A DNA stretch of 63,775 bases from Schmidtea polychroa (taxonomy: Eukaryota). The first letter of the stretch is position 1; each line of letters starts with the position of its first letter. This document shows, one piece after another, positions 33,911 to 46,841 of the stretch. The stretch covers positions 19,158,226 to 19,222,000 of the forward strand of contig CM097888.1 of assembly GCA_044892525.1 (NCBI GenBank). The letters are read 5' to 3'. A program made the position numbers and the translations under genes. Below the pieces are notes generated by a model. It had not been told where the DNA came from and searched no databases. It saw only the letters and a list, made by a program, of their open reading frames with translations.

Positions 33911-35857
33911 TGCAAAATATCACTAATTAATAATATATAATAAAAAAATGGTTTGTTAAAAAATAATTAGTTAAAACAAGTTTAAAATACTTCAAACTGA
34001 CGTATAAGTTTTGTTTAAAATGTAAGCAACGAGTATTGTAAAATTAATTTAATATTATTATAAATTTTGAATTAAAATTTTCTTAAAATTCTAGAAAAAA
34101 TCTATTATTAATAGAAAACAAATTTTTAAAAATAAATAAAGTTTGAGTCAATTTGAATTTTCTAGAAGTATCTCTTAAAATTATATAGGGAATTGTTTTG
34201 TAACAGTTATTGATGTATTTTTTAATTTATTTAACTTGAATTAAAAATATAATATTAACAAAAATGTATTGTGAGATTTTGATTGTTGATCTACCCGGGC
34301 TCAACAAAGGGGAGTGTCATTGTAGGTCAACTAGGACAATCATAGTCACCGCGAAATACGCTTAGTCAAATAATACGCGGTCATAAACAATCATGGTTCT
34401 TGTAAAGTTATTATATTCTGTTGTTGTGGTTGGTGAAATTTCTGACCCTTATTTGTATGTTCACCAATATATAAGTTGTTTTTTTTTATTGTGTTCTAAT
34501 TAAATTCATTATCCTCAAAAAGTTCTTAAGGTATGTTTAATAAACTATGGCTATGTTTCACTTAATTTATATTCAAACATTTTAGATGTGGTATTGTATG
34601 AACAGGTTTTAATAGATTAATGTATGATTCCTGATGACTTATAATCGTTTGAGGATAGAAAGTTTGTAAAGGCATAGTTGAGAAAGTAATTATAATAAGG
34701 GACCTGCGTAAATCGGACATATATCTTCTAACAATAGTCCGTGAACCCAGTAGAGTGCTCGACAATTACAGTGCAAGTAGTGCGCTCACTTTTTGCGAGC
34801 ACTCACCCTCTTGATACAGTACCAACGTTGATCATTCAACGGGTATCAAGCGGTAAACAATGTTGTATCTTGGGTTACGCTGGTAACAGCACTAAAGAGC
34901 AAAATATTTCATCATCAGTAACCCACCAAGTATTAGAAAATGCCAAAAGCAATTACGAAAGGCAAGAATCCGGAAATCCGAGAAAAATCAATAAATGGGA
35001 AAATCATCGAAATCGAATGGGAAAACGGGACAGGTATAGATTAGCTAATGGTCAACAAGATGATGATTAGGGATTTATCAGAAAATGGTTAGGAAGGGTC
35101 GAAAAAACATTCAAATGTGTGAAAACAGAAAACGTTAATTAATTAATTAATTGGCTAATGGAAAACCCGAGCTAATGGGAAACCCGAGCCAATGGAGAAC
35201 CCGAGAGATAAAGGAAACCCGAGCTGGGTAAACAAGAAGAAAAGCAAACAGAAGGAAGATTTGGGCCCATTAGCTTGACACAATGATTAATGGGAAAAGA
35301 GTAAGGAGAAGATAGCGCGCGTAGGAAGACCGGTAGGGCCATTAATTATCTGGATTCGTTGGACCATTATGGGTGACAGCCGAAGCAAATACGTAGGAGC
35401 AAATGTCAAACGAAAGATTGGCTCGGCAATAACCATTTGTCATCCCGATTTCGAGGAGTATATAAGGAAAGGGAAAATCAGAGAAAATCGGCATTTTGCC
35501 TCAGCTAGGGTTCGAAGAATCAGAGCGTAGGAAAAGTTGGTAAACGAATTAGGGAAAGTAGGGAAAAGAAGAAATAGAATAAAGAGTACTTAAAGGTGAA
35601 AAGGAATCAAACCAAACAGAAACCGAGGAAGACGTGAGTCGAGAGAATCTAAAGGACTAAAAGGTGAATATTATTTGTTTGCAAAGCATCAACGCCGAGC
35701 GGAGAATCGTATAAAACTTTGATTATTAATTGTAGCGTGGTGATAAATTGTGAACCTGTTGTTTCAATATACGTTGGGTCGTTCATTGTTTTGATTTAAA
35801 GAACACTAGGAGTCAGAGAGAACCGACTTGAAATAATCCAAAACCCAACATATATTC

Positions 35858-35875
35858 TGGTGAGCCCGACGTGAT
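35858..35875 (+). promoter_or_regulatory. Primer-binding site, tRNA-Trp-like
   Basis: TGGTGAGCCCGACGTGAT, 7 nt after the LTR end. Confidence 0.85.
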
Positions 35876-36142
35876 TGCAAGTCGACGGAAAATTATTGAA
35901 AGTTAGTGAAAAAAAAATAATTGTTGAAAAAAATAGTACCGACGTGATAGAAAGTCGGCGGTGTATTAAAAATTAGTGGAAAAGTTAATTATTGGAAAAG
36001 TACTACAGACCTGAGTGAAAGTTGGCTTTGAATTTTGAAAATAGTGTTAACGAGAGAGATATAGAAGGCTATTATTGGGAGATTTACAAGAAGTTGAAAA
36101 GTAATTTTAAATTATTGTTTAACGTTTGAAGTTTAGCTCAAA

Positions 36143-37825
36143 GTGAACCGATACAACCTCAGAAGCCAGAAACAAGTCCAAATGGCAAATGATAATGCTG
36201 TTATGCCTCTCAATAGAGAGATGATTGATTTCGCAAGTTGCCAGAAATTACCCGTCAACCAATATGGAGGAGACCCTGTTGAATTTGCAGATTTCATGGG
36301 AGATTATTATATGTATGCCTCAGCATACGGATGGACACAAGCCATTATGGTTCAGAGATTCCCACTCTATCTAAAGGGTGCGGCAAGAGAAGCCTGGCTG
36401 CAAGTCGACAAACGGAATGTTGGCAATGATTGGACAAAATTGAAGGATGCAATGGCACTGAAACTGGTTGGTGGAGATATCAAAAGAATCATGCGACAGA
36501 AATTTTATAACCGAGTTCAAGGTCCAGATGAATCGGTCAGTGAGTTTGCTTATCATCTGACCACTTTAGCAGATAAAGCCTTTGAAGTTAAACCAGACCA
36601 AGCAGATATGGCCAAGCAGGTTAAAGAGCTGTTAGAAGATCAGTTTATAACCGGAGTCCACTCCGAAATTAAAAAAGCCCTATGTTATGTGGATTTTTCC
36701 AATTTCGATGAGCTCGTGAAGAAAGCCATGAAGATAGAGCTGAATTTAAAAAGTGCAAAAAGATCAAATGCTTTTGGAATTAATGTGGAGAGACGTGAGC
36801 GGTCAATTACGCCTGTGAGAGCACCATGGGATGAAAAGAAAATAAATCAAATCAGTAGTCCAATTTTGAGACCAAATAATAGATTTCAAGCCATTAGATC
36901 AGCCATGAACGTACAATCAAATGGACAGGTAAATAATCCTCAATGCGAACATTGCAAAAAGTCTGGACACTACTCAAATCAATGTTGGTTCAAATATGGG
37001 AAAATCCCAGCCCTAACAAGAGATTCACAGAAAACAAACGGATCAGCAATGATGTCGAATGCTATTGATGTGGAAAGAAAGGGCATATTAGCAGAAACTG
37101 TTTCACCAGATCAAGATCATCGTCATTGTCACCTTCACCACAAAGAGACAAAGTGAATACAAATGGACAGATCCAATGTCATTCGTGCAAGGGATACGGC
37201 CACATGGCGCGATCATGCCCAAGGAACTCAGCAGACCTATATTAAAGAAATCGATCAGATTCCAAGAAGATATGCCAAACACTAGTAATATGACATATCC
37301 TCAGAGAAAGGAATTTCAAGACAAAATGGAAAAGGAATTTCGAGAAATGCGACAGAAGCTGAACAAATTAGTGGCTAAATTTAAATCAGATGAGGAAACT
37401 GAATCTCATATGATAATTGGAACCGTGTCAGAAGGTGAGGGAAAACCTGCCACGAAAGTGCGAAAGATCGCATCAGATGAGAATCCGACTGCACTGTTAG
37501 CCCGAGTGAAAAAATGGCTTGAGAAAATGGAAACTGACAACTCCCAGTTGAAACGATGGATCGCAGAACTCAGTGTGATGTCACTAACCCAAAGCGAACA
37601 CTAGAGAAAGCCATAAATTTATGTGCAAAGTTATTCAAAGGAAACAGAGACGATGAGATAATTGAGCAAATGCAAAAGTTTGGCAAGGCTTTACGGTCAA
37701 CAAGGGATTTAGCTGATATCATAGTGGAAACGACGGGACTTGATAATGTGAAGTGCCAATTCCGTGTAAATGCATACGGACAAATCAGAGAGCTAAAGGA
37801 GCGAATACTGCGTCAATACAGTTGA
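36143..37825 (+). pseudogene. gag: Gag of the sister element (frameshifts and stops), ending inside Ubl1
   Basis: MIDFASCQKLPVNQYGGDPV is shared with element 1; CCHC knuckles; DIIVETT...FRVNAYGQIRELKERIL aligns to element 1 Ubl1. Confidence 0.9.
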
Positions 37826-39978
37826 TGACAAGTGCAACTAAAATTTGAGAATCGATGTCTGGAAGACGAGGAGTCAGACAGTGATATCGACTTACACAAA
37901 TACCTAACAATTTTAATAATATTTGTTTATTGATACTCTTATCTATTGCATATTTTACTTTGCTTTAAATTATTTTAGAGTTTAATTCAAATTAATCTTG
38001 TTGAATTTATGTGTTATTCGCATTAAAAGATTTCCAAAAATGCCAACATTTTCCAGGCTTTGCATCATAACAGTTTGTAACATTTTTGACGAAATAAGTT
38101 CTGGATCAACAGGTTATGTTTTCATTTGTGTAAGACTATTTCGAGTTATTTAATTTATAAATTATTTTGATAATTTGGCGTGTCATCTGTTTCTTCAATT
38201 AGTAAATTATTAAAAAATATATAATTATTAAAAAAATCAGAAATCGACAATTTTTTTATATTTTTGTTTATATAATTACTTATAAAGTAACTTTTTAAAT
38301 TTCTTGATAATAGGCTTTAAAAATTATTACCTTCTTTAACTATTCATGGATTCTAAAGCCCAAAATTTAAGAATTCGCATAAGGCAAAATGCTAGCGTCA
38401 AAGAAAAAACTCTTATTAGGTATAGATAAGTCATTTTTAGTTATATTTATACATTTTCTAAATTGGCAGAGTTGTTGCAGAAACCCTAAAAAAGTTAGTG
38501 CAGATATATCAAATTAAAAATGCAGAAGAAATATTATCATCGTTTGAAATTCAAGCTTTAAGATATAAGTAATACTGTGATTATTAATTTCAACTTTATA
38601 TAATATTCAGACTTAAAGAATGTCTAAATCGACTTATATTTCTTGAACCACTTGAATTTGGCCAAAAGGCTGAAGATACAATTTGGAAGTCTATTTTTTA
38701 TGAACCCATAAGAATTTTTAAACGAGAATTGAAAGTAAAACCATTATCACATTAAAAAATTATTTCATTATGAATAGAATAAACCAAATTTAATTAATTC
38801 CAAATCATTGATAATAGTGGCATTTCAACGGCATGTTTTAGGAGCAATTGGTTATTATCAAAAATTGATTCTTCGATTACAAACTGAGTTTGAACTCTTA
38901 CCTGAAATGTGTCCAGATTTTAAGAAATTTATCCCATGCAATTCTACTGAAGAAGAGAAAGAAATTTCCACAGAACTTAAGTCATGGGCATTCAGTTGCA
39001 TTCAGCATAGCTTGCTATATATCGGTGATTTATGTTAGACTTTTCCATTTCAATATTTTTAATTTCATAATTAATGTAAAATAATAGAAAATAATTTTAT
39101 TAGTTTTTCCATTAATATTTGTCAAAAAATCTGGACATTTGGATATTTATAGTTGCATATTAGAGGGACGAGATCATAGTAACCTTTCTAAATTATTATT
39201 GTTGTGTTAATGTCATTGAATTAAAAATCAATTTTTTGGTACAATCCATATCAATTGAAATTTAGAATTCATTCGTGCTACAATGACAGTAACAGTGAGT
39301 TTAATTCCTAGCTAGAAATGGTAGGTTAACCTGCTAAATCACTGTCGTGTCAGGAATAGTGGATTGAAAATATTCCACTTGAACGAGGAATTCCTACTAA
39401 GCCCAAGTCTCTACGTCCCCACCCTTTTTATACACCGCCCATAGCTACCACCAAATGAACTATCTTTGAACATTATCACTTATTTCCCATTTAATCCAAA
39501 TCATTCCAAAAAGCGGACTAATTTCAAAATCTGTTAATTCTCTATATATTAAAAAGACTATGAATCAGTAAATATATCGATGTTTTAGATATTCACGAAT
39601 TTTCGGCACTGCCCTTATTAAAGTTCGTGAATATCTAGAGGACGGAAAAATTAATTTTATTGTCGAGCTATGTTAGGAAGTTAGATATTTCAATATTTTA
39701 ACTTAGAGAATTGACCCGGAATTTAAGAACTTGAGCATTAAAGAATCTTCATTGTTGAATGATGAGGATATTCTGACTCCTACAAATGACATGGCAGTTG
39801 TTATGAACAATTCACTATTAATGACGTTAGCATCTGAAGAATGGTAACATGAATTATAACTGTCTACGATTCGCTACCTACCGCCTGTTCGCGTATAACT
39901 CGCGCATGTACGAGTTATTTGAGAAATTCCGGGGAAAAAATTAAATTAAACACAAAAAACCTGTATAAAATCCTATAT

Positions 39979-41800
39979 CGGTGATGGCGAACCTTTTCGA
40001 GCTTGCGTGTCATTAATATTTTTTTTATAAAATAATAAGACGCGTGCCGAGAAAATAAAATAAAACCAATACATAATATATTTTGTAAATAAATTTCAGA
40101 ACTATACATAATAAACAAATATTTTTGTGTTATGGTAATATCTTTATTAAAAAAAGTATAAAATGAAAATATAGTTGAAATGAAATAAAAAACATTCATA
40201 TTTTTATTTATTTAGTTATATAAATAAATAAAAAGTAATTAAAGAATGAAATTATTTTTGCAAAACAAACTTAAATTAAAGAGATTTCTGTTGTTGTACG
40301 GTGGATGATAAATATTTTATATCCGGCTCATAACTCGTAGCTTTTAATACGAGTAGAAAGAAGTGTGCTCCATTACTCATCACATACCCCCTGCAATGAC
40401 TCATCATTATAACTCATCCATAGTAACCATGGTAGTTATGTCAAGGTCATTCTAGTAACCATGGTAACTAGGTCAAGGTCATTCCAGTAACCATGGTAAC
40501 TAGGTCAAGTTCACACGACTAATAACTAGGTCAAGGCCGTTCTATTTTAAGTATCAAGGTCACCTAATTACCATAGTTACTATGGTTGTTATGGATAAGT
40601 CATGGAGCACATTTCTCTCTACTAATAAGATACAAGAAGTACTGCTATCGTCTGTCTGATTTAATAAAAGTCATTGAAGAAAACAACGTTTCACAAGAAT
40701 AAGTAGATGAAAAAATTGTTAAAATAGCCATTGCTATTTTTTCAAGACAAGAAAAATTATCGGGAATATATTTCCAAATTGTAAGAATTTCATTTTCACC
40801 ATTTCTCTGGACTGCTCCAAATAATCTATCTCGTTCAATTTCTTCAAAAATGATTCTTAAATCAATGAATTTTTGATTCCATATTGAACTAGATTGAAAA
40901 TCCACCAATTGCATCTCGAAATCTTCTAAATTCATAAACTCTAATATCGTTAAATTTAACTGTTCGTATGTATAAATATCTGGATGAGTAATAAATTTTG
41001 AAGTTTCTTCAAATTGTATAAATCTTGCCGAAAATTGTTCAATTGTAGCTTCTAAAATATTGTTGAATTCTTTTATTATTTTTGTTACATCGGGTTTTTC
41101 ATGAATTTCTAAGTCCATCATATATTTTTTGAAATTTGGGAAAGACTTAAAATTTCTGCTCATTAGGTCACATTTAAATATTTTTAGCTTAGCTTCAAAT
41201 GCTTTGATGAGATCATACATAATATCAATGGTTTTCCCAAAAAAACGTTATAGTTTAATATTCAGTTCATTCAAATAAGAGTAAAAATCCGTAAAGAACA
41301 TTAATCTTGATATCCACTCAACGTCTGATAACTCTGTATACTGAATTTGTTCATGGTCATCCAAAAACATCCGAACTTCATCCAAACATTCGACGAAACG
41401 TTGTAGAACTTTGCCGTGACTAAGCCAACGAACATTTTTGTACATAGTTAAACCATTGTACACCTAGTTGACTTCATTTAACAAAGTTTCGAACTTTCTT
41501 TTGTTTGAAGCATGTGCGACGGATATAGTTAACTATTTTAGTCACAAGTTTTATCATATCGTCAACTAATTTAAGGCCGTTTTTGCACACAAAGTTTATT
41601 GGTGAATTATGCAACGAAAGCCAAAAAATGGATTCCCAACACACTTTGTAAATAATTTGACAAATCCTGCTTCTTTACCAATCATACTGGGTTACAGATA
41701 CGACTTTCGAAAGATCTACTTCTGCTTCAGAAAGAGCATCTGTTACTGCTTTGCAAATATCTACACATTTGGCAGCTAATGGAAAATTTGTCAACCAACA
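39979..41800 (-). mobile_element. Degenerate hAT (Charlie/GTF2IRD2-like) transposon
   Basis: End CGGTGATGGCGAACC; VRWLSHGKVLQRF, LMFFTD, TIFSSTYSCETLFSSMTFIKS (hAT dimerisation region). Confidence 0.88.
40352..40623. mobile_element. 272-bp Polinton/Maverick-like miniature element
   Basis: AGTAG...CTACT termini with ~21-bp TIR; flanking 6-mers AATACG / AATAAG; internal GTAACCATGGTAACTAGGTCAAGGTCA repeats. Confidence 0.6.
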
Positions 41801-42265
41801 TATTCTTTTCTCTGCTTGAAATAAAAACCAGCGGAAGAACACAAATTTGATGTAGACGCCAAAAAAGCTGGAATGGAATGTGGTTTCAGGAAATTTTCAA
41901 CGATTATCTTGAAAAGATCACAGACATGGCTATTAAAGGGATCCTTTTTGCTAACTTTAGATAGATACGGAGTCCATTTAGCCTCTGTGAATGAAGTTAA
42001 AGAAGAGTATAAGCGAAGATATAATATAAAAGAAGATGATGAGAAATTAACTCATAATAAAAATGATTTTAGTGTTCTTGTGAAATTGCTTAAATATTTC
42101 ATTTGAATTTTTAGATAACAACTTTCGTGCTTTTTTCTCGATACCAGGAATTCGAAAATCAGAAATATCTTACTTTGCTTTATTATGATGAAATTTTCGT
42201 TTACAATAAAGCAAAGTAAAAAAATGAAAAAGATATTTTTAGATTGAAATTTGAATAAAATAATA

Positions 42266-42487
42266 CTCCCTCTGTCCAGTTGTATTTTAGCCTTTTTCCC
42301 AAAATGATTGTCAATAGAGAATATAAAAACTTGAACGGTTTTGTAAAACCTTTTACAGTAAAAACACAATAAATAATTTTATTTTATCGATTCAACAAAT
42401 AACAAAACTGCATTTTAAGTATCACTGTTACGCATAAAAGAAATTGTAGCAAAGTAAAACTGGACTATCATTTTTGGACAGAGGAAG
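42266..42487. mobile_element. Stowaway-like (Tc1/mariner) MITE
   Basis: TA|CTCCCTCTGTCC...GGACAGAGGAAG|TA. Confidence 0.8.
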
Positions 42488-42776
42488 TATGTAATAAATA
42501 TAAATTTATTTAGAAAAATATTTTCAAACATTTTTGAAAATCAAAAAAATGAGTGGATTTGAATAGTACGCGTGCGCGAGTTATACGCGAACATACACCC
42601 TTAATTTTAAGTACTCCAGACTTTATTTCAAATAGCTTCAATAGTATTGCTATACAATATTAAACCTCAAAAACGGCACTCTTTATATTTTATATTGTAA
42701 CTATTAATAATATTAAATAATGTGAAAAATTAAGCTTAGTAATTTGGTAGAACATTAATTAATTTGAAAAATATAA

Positions 42777-42804
42777 CCGTAGCGAATCACGGGAATATAG
42801 CTAG
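42777..42804 (+). mobile_element. Helitron 3' terminus
   Basis: CCGT(AGCGAATC)ACGG hairpin followed by CTAG|T; candidate 5' end TCTATATATTAAAA at 39541. Confidence 0.6.
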
Positions 42805-44030
42805 TATGGAATAAAAACCTAAATAATAACTTCTTAAAAAACAAAAACATTATTCGAATAAGGTGTTTATTTGTCGAAGATCCAAAATGTTCACTAAAAG
42901 ATAATTTAAAGCTGTTATATTAATAAGTTGAATATTTATCGAAAATGACTTAAATAATTCTTATTTTTATTTATAATGTCTTTTTATTGATACAGATCGC
43001 TATAAGCATGATATGAAATGTACACATTCACGCATTCTAGCAACAAGATATTATAACCAAGTACTTTCGTTGAATCCGTCTTTAGGCCATGCTTATAATC
43101 AGCTGGCAACACTTGATACGTTAAGTTATTATGGATTAAATGCTGCTTATTTCTATTTAAAAGCACAATTATGTCCTAATTCATTTTCTCAAGCGAAAGA
43201 AAATCTATTAATACTTTTTGAAAGAAATGTCAAGCGATTACGGAGTGTATTAGATCGCGAGTCAATGATGAAAAAATCAGGTTCTAACATTACAAAAAGT
43301 GGACTGAAGTAAACTATCAAATTTAATTTGTAAAAAAATTAATAGTTTGCAGAATAATGAGAGTCAAATCAAGCATTATCAAATTTTTGAATGTTTGGTA
43401 TTCATTTGCATCTTTGAATGATATGAGCAAGTAAGCTTATAATTTTTACATGACGCTGATAATTTCAAAGGGTCCCAAATTCGGGAATAAAATTTTTTAT
43501 AAATCATATATAATCATTTATAAATCATAGACCTTAAAAGACCAAGTATTGAATCTACTAAAATATAAAATACAATTTTATATTATACTTACAATTTATC
43601 AGTAGAAATGTAGAATTAAATAAATTAAATTACGAAAATATTAGTTATTATTTAAAAATTAAATTACAGTATTAGATTTGAGAAATTGAATTAAAGAAGT
43701 CTGTTACCAGTATTAGAAGCTGCTAAACATCTTCTAAATTGTTTTTAAAATCCGGTTCAAAAGTTAAAGACATAATTCCAAATATTTATTTAAAGAAATA
43801 TTGTATAATTTCCAAACAAATTTTGCGCATTGAATAAAATATTTTCAAAACCATTTATCAATATTTAAAACATTTTTATTTAAAATTTTTTATTATTAAA
43901 ACTTCCTTTTTTAAAAAGCTATTTTAATTTTTAATTTAAAAATTTCAACATAAAAAATCCAATTTAAAAATTATTTAAAGTTATTTTAATAGTCAATTAT
44001 TTACAATTTAAAATTATTTTGATAAACCAT

Positions 44031-44912
44031 TGATATATTTAACTCTCAGCTGAAAACACCTCACATCCCCTTCTTTAAGAAATTTCTTCATCTTTTCAAC
44101 ATTTCTTTGTAGCATTTTCCCACTTTGGTCTGTAGCAGATATCGGCGATCATGGATCTTCTGCATTATTCTGTATGGCCCTTCGTATCTTTCCTTGTCTT
44201 TCGTTCTTGATTCTACTTTTACCAGAACCTCATCTCCAATATTGAATGATCTTTTTGTCTGCGTTGTTTCTCTTGTATCTTCTTTTTGTGAAATCGTTGC
44301 TTTACTATGAAATTGTTCTCGAGCTATTTTTCTTCCAAATATTACTTCTCCGGGACTTCGTCCAATTGATTTCTGAAATGTTGCATTTATATAGTCTCTT
44401 ATTGTCCTGAATTGATGTTCTATCACACCATTTGTATTATAATGATATGGACTTGAAAAGCATAGTGTAATTCCCATTGATTTTGTAAACTCTTTCATCG
44501 TCTTAGATTCAAATACTTTTCCACAATCTGTGTGAATTTCCTTTGGTGCTCCAAATCTAGGAATCCATTTTTGTGGTATTGTTTCCTTCACCGTCTCTTC
44601 ATCCTGTTTAGCGACAGCAGTCAGAGAGATATATCTGCTAAATTGATCAATCATTGCGACTATATATCTTTTCTTTCTGAATCTTTCCTGTAATGGACCA
44701 CATATATCAATATATACTTTTTCCCACGGCTCCTCCGCTGTCAGCTTTATTGTCTCTTCCTTCATCTTTGTTGTCACAACTTTCGTTCTTTGACATGCCT
44801 CGCATTGTCCAATCGTTTCTTTAACTGATTCTTTTATGTCTTCCATATCGTAATTGTCCGCTAAATATTTTGTCACCTTTGAAATATTTAACTCAGCTGA
44901 AAACGCCTCACA
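44031..44912 (-). mobile_element. Deleted Gypsy relic: integrase core, PPT and two ~33-bp LTR starts
   Basis: CEACQRTK, IDICGPL, HTDCGK, SSPYHYNTNGVIE, RYEGPY; AAAGAAGGGGA-TGTGAGG junction; direct repeats at both ends. Confidence 0.85.
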
Positions 44913-45335
44913 ACCAGAATGGGAAATTTTGAGTCCCGAGCCATATTCTGTTTCAAATGGAACAAACGTTCAAACCAATTAAACTTTTCAAGATGGAACT
45001 GGTTTATTTTATTTATTGAATATAGAATTTTTTTTTTAAATTTACTTAATGTTGTAAACGTCAATTTCTCGGATTGGTCACTGTTTATGCATCACGAAAT
45101 AATAACACTCATAGTAGATGTTTCCTTTATCGTCAGTTCTTTATGGACTACAAGACAAAATTTTGATATCTGTTAAGTTTGTTAAGAAATGACAATAAAG
45201 GAAAATAAAAATAGATCAATTGCGATAAAGATAAAAGAATGGTATTGAATTTCTTTTCATTTTATCAAAATAATTCAATTGTGCATAAATGAAAATGAAG
45301 AGGAAAAAATTGGGCAGTCTATGAAAAACGTATTA

Positions 45336-46661
45336 CAGGGTTATTAATAATTATAAAGAATTTATTAATCATTATTAAGAATTTATTAATCATTATAAAG
45401 AAAATATAAATAATCATATAAAAATTACAAATATGTTATGAAGACTAAATATAGTGATATATTTATATTTTAATCAAAGGACATTCCATTAAAAGCTAAA
45501 TCGAGATACTTACGCATGTTTCTATAAAAATTATCAAAACAAAGAGACATCATTATTCATATTCCCAATTATAGAGCTGACATTATTGATAATATCCGTG
45601 GCATTTTGAGGATGTGGTCTAATAGTGAAGTATCTATTTTTTAGACAGGAGAATATTTCTTCGATTGGATTCAATTGCAGGCTATAAGGGGGCAGATAAG
45701 CATGATCAACATTATTGTTTTCAAACCACGTAGCAACCTCGTGTCTTGTGAAACTTTATATTATCCATTAGAATGACCTTATCGGGAGAAAAAATAGCCT
45801 AAATTTTTACATTCTATCAAAAACTCTAGAAACAGACTACCATTATATGGACCTTCGACTAATTTAAAATGCAGAATTTTTTCGTTTGAAATTATCGGCA
45901 ATAAACTAATATTTCTTCCTCTGTTTGTTGGAACAGTTATTGCAGTTGAAGTATTAACTGGAGAATATCCATAATTGGGGACCGTATGCAAATTAAACTG
46001 TGTATTATCCAGATATAAAATGGCACTATTTCTGAATTTCAATGCAAATATTTTTCTTTGTGCAATCAATTCAGGAGATTCTACCTTTTCTTAAGTTTTT
46101 TCCTCGTTAAATTAAGTTTTTCAAATAGAGAGAAACAGTGGGTTGGCTTATATTAATATTCTCAGTTTCTAAAAAATTAGCAATCCCTGTTTGGTTAAAG
46201 GAATTATCATGTTGAATGCATTCCCCAACCTTAAAAACTTTTTCTGTAATGCCAAGGGCTGCTCTTCCAGGTTTCTTGAACTGAATATATTTTATAAAAT
46301 CTTCATCGTCAGCCTGTTCAATTTTAGTTAGCCATTTATATACAGACTTATTCGAAATCTTCAACACTCGCCATTTTTGCGACGTCGTCACCTTCAGACT
46401 TTATATCCTTCAAAAGTTCAAGAGTTTTTTGCGTGATGGATGTTCTTCTTTTCCTGGGATTATTTGATTGTTCTTCTAAGCCGAGGATATTCGTAAATGC
46501 ATTTTTGCATAAAATGGGTTCTTTATGATTTTTCCTTATAATTATTAATAAATTCTTTATAATGATTAATAAATTCTTTATAATGATTAATAAATTCTTT
46601 ATAATGATTAATAAATTCTTTATATTGATTAATAAATTCTTTATAATTATTAATAACCATG
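45336..46661 (-). mobile_element. Degenerate IS630/Tc1-like (DD34E) transposon
   Basis: TA-flanked TIRs with 21-bp subterminal repeats; HTH at 46107-46391; YLDNTQFN, MDNIKFHK, YLPPYS..LNPIEE. Confidence 0.88.
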
Positions 46662-46841
46662 TAAAACACTTTTCCAATAATACTGAATTTTTTTTTATTT
46701 GCAGCATGTTCATAATACGTAGCTTTCCATAATTTTACATCAAATTCACTTGAATCAATAATATCCTAAATAATCACAACAATATGTTTTCATCCTTTTA
46801 TTTCTTGTTCCAGTAAATTTGTAAAATTCAAATGTTATTAC

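Larger units (their letters stand above)
34930..37880 (+). mobile_element. Truncated sister Gypsy element (LTR, PBS, gag, start of Ubl1)
   Basis: LTR homologous to 23876-24855 and ending AAAACCCAACA at 35850; identical PBS; Gag similar to element 1. The left boundary is approximate. Confidence 0.9.
39881..42596 (+). mobile_element. pogo/Tigger-like element with nested insertions
   Basis: TIRs TGTTCGCGTATAACTCGCGC / GCGCGAGTTATACGCGAACA; DDE_1-like fragment LLTLDRYGVH at 41873-42106. Confidence 0.65.

Noticed and set aside
34290-35070. ORF 34741-35070 and neighbouring exons
   Set aside because: Chimeric frame running into the LTR; upstream exons contain stops
46348-46713. 121-aa ORF with IIIKNLL repeats
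   Set aside because: Translation of the 21-bp subterminal repeat of the Tc1-like element
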